A DNA stretch of 64,000 nucleotides. Origin: Chloroflexota bacterium (GTDB lineage Bacteria > Chloroflexota > Anaerolineae > B4-G1). The notes below the pieces were generated by a model, which ran no database searches, was not told the DNA's origin, and saw nothing but the letters and a program-made list of their open reading frames with translations. The DNA lies in assembly GCA_034189605.1 (NCBI GenBank), contig JAXHUO010000001.1, positions 133,976-197,975 on the forward strand. The letters run 5' to 3'. Of this stretch, positions 16,250 to 26,836 are shown one piece after another; position 1 is the stretch's first letter, and the number at the start of each line of letters is the position of its first letter. Made by a program: the position numbers and the translations under genes.

Positions 16250-19200
16250 CAACTACAATCCCTGCTCCGCGAACTCTTTCAATTCGATAGCGCCGACCTG
16301 GACTTTGGCATCTATCGCATCCTCAACGAAAAGTGGGACGAAATCGAACGTTTTATCGAGCGCGACCTCCTCGACGCTGTGGACCAGGCCCTGGCGCACT
16401 TTCAGGCAGCCGACCGGCAGGAGTTGGAAGCGCAGTTGGCAGAGAAGCGCGCTCTGTTAGGTGCCGCCGCGCTGGATGAGACGGGCGCGGTGCGCGAAGC
16501 GTTCCGAACCCTGCCCATCGCTCAAGATTATACGAATCTGTACCAACAACTCCAAAGTCTCGACGTCGCCGAGGAGACCGAGGCGCGCGTCTTTAACGAC
16601 CTGTGGAGATTCTTCTCCCGCTACTATGACAACGGCGACTTTCTCACCGAGCGCCGCTACTCCTCCCGCGAGCCCAAGTTCAGTGTTCCCTACAACGGCG
16701 AGGAGGTGTTGCTCCACTGGGCCAACCGCGACCAGTACTATGTCAAGACCAGCGAGCGTTTTAGCGACTATTGTTTCACCGCTGGCGATCACACCATCTG
16801 GTTCCGGTTGCAGCGTGCCGAGGTAGAACAGGACAACGTCAAGGGCGACAAGCGCCACTTTGTGCTCCGCACCCAATCTCCCCTCGACCATGACACAGAG
16901 ACTCAAACGCTCACCGTCTTTTTCGAATACCGCCCCATCACCGAGGAGGAAGAGGCTCGTTACCTCACCACCTACAACGCCCAGCAGTCCAAGAGTAGTC
17001 GTCGCAAGACCTTAGATCGTCGTGCGCTCTGCACGGCGTTGGAAGTGGAGATCCTGGCCGGCCTCGATGACGCCAATTTGAGAGTTACCCTCGGCGCTAT
17101 CCCCGCAGGCAAGAGCACCTCTTCCTTGGGCCAACACCTCAACCGCTACACCGCCCGCAACACGATGGACTATTTTGTGCACAAGGACCTGGGCGGGTTC
17201 CTGCGGCGCGAACTCGACTTTTTCCTCAAGAACGAGGTGCTGCGCATAGATGACGTGATCGGCGACGAGTCGGGCGAGATGATGCAACACGTGCTCACCC
17301 GCATGCGCGTGGTGCGCCAGATTGCGGACAAGATCATCGCCTTCCTGGCCCAGATCGAGGACTTTCAGAAGCGGCTCTTTGAGAAGAAAAAGTTCGTCGT
17401 GCAGACTGATTACTGCATCACGCTGGACCGCGTGCCGGAGGGTTTTTACCCCGAGGTACTGGCCAACGAGGCCCAGTTGGCGGAGTGGCGGCGGCTCTAC
17501 AACGTGGACGCCTGGGAAGAGGACCTCTTCTGGCAAGGTCAATTCGATGATGCCTTCCTGCGGGACCATCCCTACGCCATGCTGGACACAGCCTTGTTCG
17601 ACGGTGATTTCAAAGCCAGGCTGCTGGCCACTTTCGACGACCTGGACGGGGCCACCGATGGCCTGCTGATCCACGGCGAGAACTTTCAGGCGCTCAACCT
17701 GCTGCAAGAAAAGTGCGCGGGGCAGGTAAAGTGCATCTACATTGATCCGCCGTACAACAAAGGGAATGATGAGTTCACCTACAAAGACAACTATCAGCAC
17801 TCATCTTGGCTGACAATGATGACCGATAGATTGCGATCGACGCGAGGTCTACTAGCCCACGATGGAATCATTCTGATCTCGATTGACGATGTCGAACAGC
17901 CTGTGCTGCGGATTATATGTAATGACACATTCGGTAAGGTTAGCTTTCTCTCGAATCTTGTTTGGAAAAGCCGACAAAATGTTGATAGCCGAGCAACGAA
18001 TAACATCTCAAACGACCACGAGTTCATACTACTAGCCTACGGCCACGCCTTCCGTGGAAGTCAAAAATCTGAGAGTAAATACTCTAACCCTGACAGTGAT
18101 CCTAGAGGCCCTTGGATGAGCGATAACATGGTCGGGCTTCGCACGAAGCAAGACAGACCAAACCTACACTACGACATCCTCGTAGGCGTCGTTGAGGATA
18201 TGCAGACTGATGAGACAAGCCAAGACAAAGTCTGGAAAATAGGAGAATATCAAACCCTGCTTGGCCCCGATGTACCCATCAATCAAGAAAGCGGTACCAT
18301 AGAGGTTGGTAGTTATGTCTTTGTGCTAGGAACGAAGGCAGAGAACGATCGTTTCGCCGCCCGCTATATCGGTAATATGACACGTTTGTCTGAAGGAATG
18401 CCAATGCCCAGCAACATTTACCCTTGTACAAACAAAGGGTGGCGCTATGAACCGAGCACTATGGCTTTCAGGATTCTCGATCGACGAGTTATCTGGCCCA
18501 GCGACCCAACAGGACGCCCTCGAAAGAAATCGTTCTGGAGAGAGCTGAAAAGCGCCTACACCGGATTCTCCAGTGTCGTCGGTTATACTAAAGACGGCAC
18601 GATAGAAACCCAGGACATTTTCGGTGAAGAAGTGATTAGCTTTCCGAAGCCGTCAAGGCTTATATCAACCCTAATAGAGCAGGCAAGTGATGGGGACGCA
18701 ACAATACTTGACTTTTTTGCTGGCTCTGGGCCAACTGCCCACGCCGTGATGAATCTGAACAAAGAGGACGACGGCAGCCGAAGGTACATATTGGTTGAAA
18801 TGGCTGACTACTTCAGTACAGCACTCAAGCCTCGCATCCAGAAGGTCGCCTTCTCCGCCAATTGGAAGGACGGTGTGCCACAGGATCGGGAGGGGATGAG
18901 CCACCTGTTCAAATACCAGCGCATCGAATCCTACGAGGATGCCCTCAACAACATCCGCGTCCGCCGGCCGGAGGGCGCCCAGCGCCGGTTGCTCTACGAC
19001 GAGTTCGACGATTATCAACTCCACTATATGCTCGACTTTGAGACCCGCGACAGTGCCACGCTGCTCACCCAGGAGGGTTTTGAGACACCCTTTAACTACA
19101 CGCTCAAGATCCAGCGCGGCCATACAAGCCCCCAGGACACCGTCGTGGACCTGGTCGAGACCTTTCACTACCTGATCGGTATGCACGTGCAGCGGCTGGA

Positions 19201-19465
19201 GCGGCACGAGCACCAGGGCCGGCCCTACGTCGTCAGTCGTGGCGAGGTGCGCTCCACACGCACCGTCGAAAAGGTCGTCGTCGTATGGCGCGACACCGAG
19301 AACCTCGACCTGGGGCAAGAGGCCGACTGGGCCAACGGCGAGGACGGGCTGCTCACCGAGCCGGTGGATCGTGTCTACGTCAACGGCCCTAGTTTCATCA
19401 ACTGGGCCCAGCCGTTGGAGATCACCTTCCGCGAGCGCATGGAAGGAGGTCGCCGTGCCGCCTAG
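16250..19465 (+). pseudogene. mod: Type III restriction-modification Mod subunit (m6A methyltransferase), 5' end disrupted
   Basis: Conserved N-terminal LRELFQFDSADLDFGIYRILN lies upstream of the called GTG (16379) with no in-frame start codon; IYIDPPYN and DFFAGSG motifs. Confidence 0.8.
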
Positions 19466-22400
19466 TTCCCTGGACCGCTTTGAACGCAGGCTGGCTTTGT
19501 CCGCCTACTTTCGCCATCTGTTCGGCGTCAAGGACATCCACGCCCCCCAATCCGTGCGCAACTTTTACAATACGCTCAAGGAGCAGCCAGAAGGGTACGA
19601 TGCCGAGGGGTGCAGTTACGTCTTCAACGTGCTAAAGGGGCTCGTGCGCGGCATAAACGTGGCGAATCTGCTATCCTACGACGCCAACGTCCGCCGCCAC
19701 ACCGACGCGCTCAACCGCCGCCGCAGTGCCGAGCCGATCATGCTAAAGTACTTTCAGATTCTGGCCGCGCTGATGACGGAGCACTATTTGGACCGCGTCA
19801 CCAACGAGCCAGACACCTTCCTCGCCGACCTCAACACCTTTGTGGATGAGCAAAACAAGGCCCATACCACCGCTCGCGTCGAGTTCCCCACTTTCACGCC
19901 GGACGACCTCAACAAACTGGCCTACTGGATGGCCACCGGCAGTGGCAAGACGTTGCTCATGCACCTCAACTATTACCAATACCTGCACTATCGCCCGGAC
20001 GAGCCGGAAAACATCCTGCTGGTCACCACCGGCGAGGGCATGTCGGAGCAACACATCGCCGAAATGGAAAAAAGTGGTATTCCCTGCCGCCGCTTTAACG
20101 GTACCACGAACGACTTGTTCGACGTCGTTCCCCACACGGTCAAGGTCATCGAGATCCACAAACTGGTCACAGAGAAAACCGGTGGCGGCGAGAGTGTCGC
20201 GGTCGCGGCCTTTGAATGGCGCAACCTCGTCTTCGTGGACGAAGGGCACAAAGGCGCTGGCAGCGAGGCGCAGGCCTGGCGCCGCCGCCGCGAGGCCCTG
20301 GCGAGGGATGGTTTTACCTTTGAGTATAGCGCCACCTTTGGGCAGGCGGTCGGCACGTCGGGCGCTAGAGACGTTGAAAAAGAATATGGCAGAGCCATCA
20401 TCTTTGACTATTCCTATCCCCGCTTCTACAAAGATGGTTATGGCAAGGATTACCGCATCCTCAACCTGGAGCAAGACCTGGATCCAGGGCTGACCAATCG
20501 TTACATGATGGCCAATTTACTCACCTTCTATGAGCAGGTGCGCTGCTACGCGCTGGACGCCGATACCTTTTACGCGACGTACAACGTGGCTCCGCCATTG
20601 TTGATTTTCATCGGCCACAGCGTCACCGCTGGCAAGACGCGCTCGCAGTTGAGCCGAGACGACAAGCGCAGCCTCTCCGATGTGCAGGAATTGGTGATCT
20701 TTCTGCACCGTGTGCTGCAGAATGAGAATGGTTGGGTGGTCACGGCCATCAATGTTATTCTCAACGGTGAGGCTGACCTGAAACGCGAGGACGGCGGCGA
20801 CATCTTTGCCGACGCTTTCCGCACGCTCCGTGAGAATCATCTGGACGGCGCGGCCATCTACGCCGACATGCTCCACCGCATCTTTCACGCGAAATCTGCG
20901 ACCACGGCGGCTGGCATGCACCTGGTCAACCTAAAGTCCGCCGCAGGCGAGATCGGGCTGCGTGCCGGTGCGACAGATCAATTCTTCGGTCTGATCAACA
21001 TCGGCGATGCTGCCCATTTCCTCAAGTTGGTCGAAGAGCAGGCTCCCGGGATCGCCGTTGAGGAAGAGCAATTCAGCGGCTCGCTCTTCCAGGCCATCAA
21101 CCGGCAGGACTCGCCCATCAACGTCCTGCTCGGCTCCAAAAAGTTCATCGAGGGCTGGGACTCCTGGCGCGTCTCGGCTATGGGTCTGATGAACATCGGG
21201 CGTGGAGAGGGGCCTCAGATCATCCAACTGTTCGGGCGCGGCGTGCGCCTGCTGGGCAAGGGCCGCTCTCTCAAGCGTTCCGACGGACTGGACGGTGACC
21301 ATCCCGACAACCTGCGGCTGCTGGAAACGCTCAGCATCTTTGGCGTCCGCGCCAGGTATATGGCCCAGTTTCGCGACTATCTCGCCGAGGAGGGTATAGA
21401 CACCGACGAGCGTGAGACCGTTATCATCGGAACCAGGCTCAACGAGGATTTCAAGGGCCAGAATCTGCTTGTCATTCGACCCCAGATTGAGACGCCGTTC
21501 GAGGACGTGGTGCGTTTAGAACTGCAACTGGACAATACCTGCCGGTCAACCATAAACCTGATGCCCCGCATGCAAGTTATGATGTCCGAGGGACTGGTGC
21601 ACGAGACGCCCGAGTTCTACGAGCCGCGAGACGCGCAGGCGCTGCCGGCAAAAGCCCTGCCGCTCTTTAACTGGGACCAACTCTACCGCGAGGTCTGGCA
21701 CTTTTGCGCCGCGCGCGGTTACCGTAACCTGGCGCTGGATCAGAATGTGCTGCGGCGCGTTCTTGAGACAGGCTGTTATCAACTCCAATGCCCACCGGCG
21801 ATGCTGGAAATGGCGTCATTTGCGGACGTGGGCCAATTGGAACAGATCGCGCTGATGATCCTGCGCAAGTACGTCGAGCGGTACTATACCCGCGCCCACC
21901 GGCAGTGGGAGCAGGAGCAACTGGTTTACCAGGTGCTGGACAAAGATGACGACAACCTGATTGACTCCTACCAGGCTCGGGTGAAACGTTCGGCCACGGA
22001 CTTTATCCAGGCCTCCGTGAGATGTGTGACGATCCGGCTCTCTACGAGCGCGATGACGATCTTCCTCCCAGGGTTCACTTTGACCGGCACCTCTATCTTC
22101 CTCTGTTGCTGGAGGATGCAAGCAGTGCGCAAGTGGTCAAATACTCTCCTCCAGGGCTCAACACTGGCGAGCGCGATTTCGTGGTACGGTTACGTGAATA
22201 CGTTGAGACCGACGCAGGCCAGGCAACGTTAGAAAGTCACGACCGCGAACTGTTCCTCCTGCGCAATCAAGCCCGCGGCCGGGGAGTCGGGTTCCTGATC
22301 AACGACGAAAAGTTCTTCCCCGACTTTATTCTGTGGTTAAAGGGGCCAGACCGGCAGGACATTTTGTTTGTTGACCCGCACGGTTTGATCATAGGTGGCA

Positions 22401-22645
22401 ACCTCGACGTCAACCCCAAGGTCCAGTTTTACGAGACCATCAAGGAGTACGAACAGAAACTAAACCGCCGGGCTGCCCGCGATGACATCGCCCTCCACTC
22501 CTACGTCATCTCTCAGACGCCGTTCCCGGAATTGAAAAAGCAGACCGGTATCGTTGCTTTGCAAGACTTTAACCGACGCCACGTCTATTTCCGAAAGCAA
22601 GTCAACTATGCCAAGTTGCTGATAGAGGATGTTCTGACTAATTGA
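19455..22645 (+). pseudogene. res: Type III restriction-modification Res subunit, frameshifted near 22012
   Basis: RBS AGGAGG and GTG start; MATGSGKT, DEGH, SAT, EGWD and QLFGRGVR motifs. The nuclease part (FDRHLYLPLL, FPDFILW, VDPHG) is in another frame (ORF 22022..22645). Confidence 0.85.
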
Positions 22646-22656
22646 TGCTCCGACGC

Positions 22657-22690
22657 AGACCCTTTGGGTTTCGGAAAACCCAAAGGGTCT
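22657..22690. repeat. Perfect hairpin (REP-like element or terminator)
   Basis: agaccctttgggttt-cgga-aaacccaaagggtct. Confidence 0.75.
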
Positions 22691-22784
22691 CTGAGAGCAT
22701 CGAAAGTCAAAAGAGGGCCGCTACTGCGACTCTTTCCTATCCGTTACTGTTATCCGTTGTTGTCCTGTAAGCCGCGTTCCAAGT

Positions 22785-22813
22785 TGGACAAAGCAAGCGC
22801 TCTTTGATATAAT
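22785..22813 (+). promoter_or_regulatory. Sigma70-type promoter TGGACA-N17-TATAAT with extended TG
   Basis: Direct sequence match upstream of the ORF at 22863. Confidence 0.65.
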
Positions 22814-22862
22814 CTTTTTGTGGTTGTCAGAGTGAAGGATCAGGACGGGGAAGGAGTGACTT

Positions 22863-23162
22863 GTGAATCAATCCACAATCCAGGAAAAGGCGCTCGCTGT
22901 CTGGACGGAAATCTGGGAACTGGCCGGTGAACAGTGGCCGCCGACGAGCATCCCGGTCGCCTGGCGGGTGTATGAATGTCTCAAAGAAGCACTCGTTGGC
23001 GCTGGCGTGAGCGAGGCGCAGGCGATAGCCTTTGCCGACGACTTTTTTTATGGCCAAGAAGCCTGGGGTGATTTAAGACTCACTAGTAATCACAAGCGAG
23101 CCGTTGACGCACTGATCGTGGCGTTGCTTGACTCTGAACTTGTGGAACTAGGCACCGAATGA
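22863..23162 (+). CDS. Hypothetical protein, 99 aa
   Basis: RBS AAGGAG and a good upstream promoter; no recognised motif. Confidence 0.6.
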   Translation: MNQSTIQEKALAVWTEIWELAGEQWPPTSIPVAWRVYECLKEALVGAGVSEAQAIAFADDFFYGQEAWGDLRLTSNHKRAVDALIVALLDSELVELGTE

Positions 23163-23175
23163 GTACCAGGTGCGG

Positions 23176-23271
23176 GTAGGCGGAAAGGCTCTCGACGTAC
23201 CATTGCTGCCTCTCAGCATAGGTGGTGCCGAGGGCCAGGGATGACTTGGCCGTCCCCGAGATGCCGGTGAC
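23176..23271 (-). pseudogene. uvrA: Fragment of the uvrA N-terminal Walker A region
   Basis: VTGISGTAKSSLALGTTYAERQQWYVESLSAY versus UvrA VTGLSGSGKSSLAFDTxYAEGQRRYVESLSAY. Confidence 0.75.
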
Positions 23272-23459
23272 GCTCCCTTTTGAGGGTTGGCCAAAGCCGG
23301 TGTTCTTTGATCCCTTTGACACGATCTCATCTGGAAGTCGAAGAAGCGCTGGCCTGACAAACACACCATACTTTTCCTTCAGGCGAGTTGAGTGTATAAT
23401 CGTCACTCGTAGACGAGAAATGGGAAGACAAAACAACCAACCACTGCCTGGAGGCCAAA

Positions 23460-24086
23460 GTGCTCATTCAGATCATCCCTGTCGGGATCACCCAAACCAA
23501 TTGTTACGTCGTCGGCTGCGAGGAGACGCGGGAAGGGGTGGTGATTGACCCCGGTGCGAACCCCGGGCGCATCCTCAAGGGGATTGAGGAGAGCGGGCTG
23601 ACTATATGTTACGTTTTCAACACCCATTGTCACTTTGACCACATGGGGGCCAACGGTGACATCGTGGCTGCCACCGGCGCACCTCTGGCCCTTCATCCAG
23701 ACGAATTGCCTATCTTGCGGGCGCGGGGAGGCGCAGCCATGTTTGGCGTGCCGGTGAAGGAAAGCCCCCTACCGGATGTGGAACTGGAGGATGGGCAGGT
23801 GCTGGAGGTGGGTAAACTCCGTTTTCAGGTGCTGTATACGCCCGGTCATAGTCCCGGCAGTGTCACTTTCTACGAAGCCGATGCAGGCGCTGCCTTTGAC
23901 GGAGACGTGCTCTTCGCGAGCGGGGTGGGGCGCACCGACCTGCACGGCGGCGACTGGGAGACACTGATGCGCTCGATCCGGGGAGTGCTCTTTGCGCTGC
24001 CGGACGAGACGGTGTTATACCCTGGTCATGGGCCGAAGACGACGGTGGGGCGGGAGAAACGGTCCAACCCCTGGATGATTGGGTAG
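23460..24086 (+). CDS. MBL-fold metallo-hydrolase (glyoxalase II-like)
   Basis: THCHFDH, TPGHSPG, GD and PGHG motifs. Confidence 0.92.
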   Translation: MLIQIIPVGITQTNCYVVGCEETREGVVIDPGANPGRILKGIEESGLTICYVFNTHCHFDHMGANGDIVAATGAPLALHPDELPILRARGGAAMFGVPVKESPLPDVELEDGQVLEVGKLRFQVLYTPGHSPGSVTFYEADAGAAFDGDVLFASGVGRTDLHGGDWETLMRSIRGVLFALPDETVLYPGHGPKTTVGREKRSNPWMIG

Positions 24087-24091
24087 TGATA

Positions 24092-24125
24092 AGAAACCAG
24101 GTTTTTTCCGAAAAACCTGGTTTCT
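24092..24125. repeat. Perfect hairpin (REP-like element or bidirectional terminator)
   Basis: agaaaccaggttttt-tccg-aaaaacctggtttct between convergent genes. Confidence 0.75.
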
Positions 24126-24146
24126 GGATGCCAGTGTGAGCATCGC

Positions 24147-25031
24147 TCATTGTTCATTGGTCATTAGCCTGACATAGATCTCTTCAAGCGCGGATTCGCG
24201 CACAGACAGGTTAACCAGAGCCCAGTTGTTTTCGGAAATATCCTCCAGTACTGAGGCAATTTTACTTATGCTGGTACTCCTGAATACATAGTTTCCATCT
24301 TCCTGTTCATAGTTCAGGCTGTCATCAGAATAAAAGACTATTTCGTAATCCCTGTGACCGAGGTTCCGGCGTATGGTCTCCATGTTATCGCAGGTGATCA
24401 ACCTGCCGTCTTTTAGAATGGCGACGCGGTCGCATATATGCTCAATGTGGAACAGGTTATGGGCGCTCAGGAGGATGGTCTTGCCCTGTTCTTTCAGGCT
24501 TTTCAGGTAATTGATGATAAAGAACGAAGTAAGAGGGTCGAGCCCCGAATTTGGCTCGTCCAGTATGAGGAGCCTTGGGTCATGCAGCAGTGTGCGGGCG
24601 ATGGTCACCTTTCTCTTCATACCCTTTGAGAGTTCTCCTGTGAGCCTGTCCCGCTCAGGGAGCCTGAGCGAGCAAAGCAGCACGTCTATTCGCTCCTCGG
24701 CTTCTTGCCTGGGCATCTTGTAGAGTTCAGAGAAAAACATGAGGTACTCGGCTACCGTCATATTTTCGTAGAGGGGGCTTTCTTCAGGCAGGTAACCAAT
24801 AAATTGTTTCACATAGGTGCTTTCTTTGGCCATATCCCGGCCCATCACCTCGACCTGACCAGACGTTGGGCTGAGGAGGCCGGCGATCATCTTGATGGTG
24901 GTGCTCTTTCCAGCGCCATTATGACCTATGATCCCCATGATTTCGCCATCCTCTACCTCCAGACTCAGGTCCTTGACGGCGGCAATATGTCCATGCTCGT
25001 ATAGTTTAGTGACTTGTTTCAGATTGATCAT
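24147..25031 (-). CDS. ABC transporter ATP-binding protein
   Basis: GHNGAGKS, LSKGM, ILDEP and SAH motifs. Confidence 0.95.
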   Translation of the reverse strand: MINLKQVTKLYEHGHIAAVKDLSLEVEDGEIMGIIGHNGAGKSTTIKMIAGLLSPTSGQVEVMGRDMAKESTYVKQFIGYLPEESPLYENMTVAEYLMFFSELYKMPRQEAEERIDVLLCSLRLPERDRLTGELSKGMKRKVTIARTLLHDPRLLILDEPNSGLDPLTSFFIINYLKSLKEQGKTILLSAHNLFHIEHICDRVAILKDGRLITCDNMETIRRNLGHRDYEIVFYSDDSLNYEQEDGNYVFRSTSISKIASVLEDISENNWALVNLSVRESALEEIYVRLMTNEQ

Positions 25032-25054
25032 TTATCTCCATTCTCGTGTGGACG

Positions 25055-26836
25055 ATGGGCAACATCCTGACGATCGCAAAACAAGAGATTAAGAGACTGA
25101 GTTCCCGTTTCAAGGGAGGCTCAAGGCCGGTCGTGATGCTCATCCTGGCTGGCGTGTTGGTCATCTCTTATATGGCATTCCGACAGGGGACAGTGTTGAG
25201 TCAGGGTATGTACAGGATAGGAGTTTCCCCTGACGGCCCCTATATTCAAGATGGCCGATTTGATATGGTCACGCTCTCCCCTGTTCTGGGACACTCTATG
25301 CTGGATGCACAGGCGATAGACGTTTACATTGAAGGGTCCAAAGTCGTCCATAGGAATGATGCCAAGTCCCGTTACGCGGCCGGGGCATTAAAAACATACC
25401 TTGAGAAGCAGGAATTGGCAAGGATCGCTGATGAGTATGAGATTGACCGCGCGTTTCCGCTGCGCATTGAGGTCAATTATATAGAGAATGTCACAATAAC
25501 TCAAGGGACGGCACTCTTGGATCTGGCGGATGTATTGACGGACAACTCTCTGGAACCAGCAGAGGCCGATTCAGAGGCGGCGGATGTGGACGCAGAGCAG
25601 GCGACGTATGAAAGTGACACTGATTTTGCTGTCAGGGAGCAGATCAGGGGACTGGAAGGCGGCAACAGGTTGGCTGAACTTGAAATGGAGTTTATGTCAG
25701 ATAAAGAGATCATCGTCCCGTCACTTATGAGCCCGCCTATACCTTTCGCGCAGGTCATTGTTGCTTTTCTCTACGTTCTCCCTGTCTCCTTCGTCAGCGT
25801 CTTTTTCACCAGTAGTTTTATGAATGAAAAGATAGATAGAAGGATCGTGGTCCTTATGTCTACCCCGGTGACGCCGTTCCAGATCATCGTTGGCAAAATG
25901 CTCCCCTATATGAGTTTCGCGTTGGTATCCGTGGTCGTTATTACTTTGGTGTTGGGGGGCAACTTGCTGCTGGCAATGGCTATCTTTACCCCGGTGATAC
26001 TATTCATCTTTTCTATATACCTGATGGTACCACTCGTGTACCGCACGTTCAAGGACACGACGTTTATCTCAATGCTCGCAATCACGGTGATTACGTCATA
26101 TCTTGTTTTCCCCGCGATGTTCTCAGGCGTCAACGACTTGAGCCTTATGTCGCCCCTCACGCTTGCTGTCAAGATGTATAGAGGTGAGCCTTTTGGGCTG
26201 AGGGAGTATCTGTTCTCGACGACGCCAATGTGTTTTATCTTTATCCTTTCCATGTATGTCGGCACTCGTATTTTGAATGAAGAATACCTCATGGGGTTCC
26301 GGCCACTGTACAGAAAGGTCGCCGATGCCATCTACCTCTCCATCGTCCGCAGCCACATCTATGTGTCCATCGCGTTGTTAAGCCTGTTTTTTATCCCTAT
26401 AGTCTACATGATACAGTTGGTGACTCTGGCGCTGTCACTCAACCTGCCGCTGTCCTATGCTGTAGGGGGTCTCCTGATGGTGGCGGTAGTCATAGAGGAG
26501 GTCGCCAAATCGGCGGGTATTGCAGTGCTCCTTGAGAACGGGGTCATCAGCACAACGAAAGACATCCTTGTCCTATCGTTCCTTTCCGCGGTCGGGTTCC
26601 TGATTGGAGAGAAACTGCTGCTATATGTTTCGCTGAGCGTGGTGTCAGAGTCCATGTTGTCGCCAGCCCTTTTCAGTTCCGGCCTGCTCTTGATACCGCT
26701 TGCCGTCCACTCTGTCTCCACAGCGATTGTCTGCTTGCTCACGGGCCGCTTTGGCGTCAGGTATCCTTTCGCAGTACTTGCTGGGTCAATCGCGCATACT
26801 TTGTATAACCTGTATGTGCTTGGAGTGATCCCATGA
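25055..26836 (+). CDS. ABC-2 type permease fused to a PrsW-like intramembrane protease domain
   Basis: ABC-2 signature EK...LMSTPV...IIVGK; C-terminal EEVAK, FLIGEK, H and HTLYN motifs. Confidence 0.75.
   Translation: MGNILTIAKQEIKRLSSRFKGGSRPVVMLILAGVLVISYMAFRQGTVLSQGMYRIGVSPDGPYIQDGRFDMVTLSPVLGHSMLDAQAIDVYIEGSKVVHRNDAKSRYAAGALKTYLEKQELARIADEYEIDRAFPLRIEVNYIENVTITQGTALLDLADVLTDNSLEPAEADSEAADVDAEQATYESDTDFAVREQIRGLEGGNRLAELEMEFMSDKEIIVPSLMSPPIPFAQVIVAFLYVLPVSFVSVFFTSSFMNEKIDRRIVVLMSTPVTPFQIIVGKMLPYMSFALVSVVVITLVLGGNLLLAMAIFTPVILFIFSIYLMVPLVYRTFKDTTFISMLAITVITSYLVFPAMFSGVNDLSLMSPLTLAVKMYRGEPFGLREYLFSTTPMCFIFILSMYVGTRILNEEYLMGFRPLYRKVADAIYLSIVRSHIYVSIALLSLFFIPIVYMIQLVTLALSLNLPLSYAVGGLLMVAVVIEEVAKSAGIAVLLENGVISTTKDILVLSFLSAVGFLIGEKLLLYVSLSVVSESMLSPALFSSGLLLIPLAVHSVSTAIVCLLTGRFGVRYPFAVLAGSIAHTLYNLYVLGVIP

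Noticed and set aside
19239-19454. N-terminal extension of res
   Set aside because: Overlaps mod; AGGAGG followed by GTG at 19455 is the better start.
16250-22645. Phase-variable Type III mod (phasevarion) or programmed frameshift
   Set aside because: No long simple-sequence tract or slippery heptamer at either break.
23282-23328. Tiny inverted-repeat element next to the uvrA fragment
   Set aside because: The ends match at only about 9 of 15 positions and there is no target duplication.
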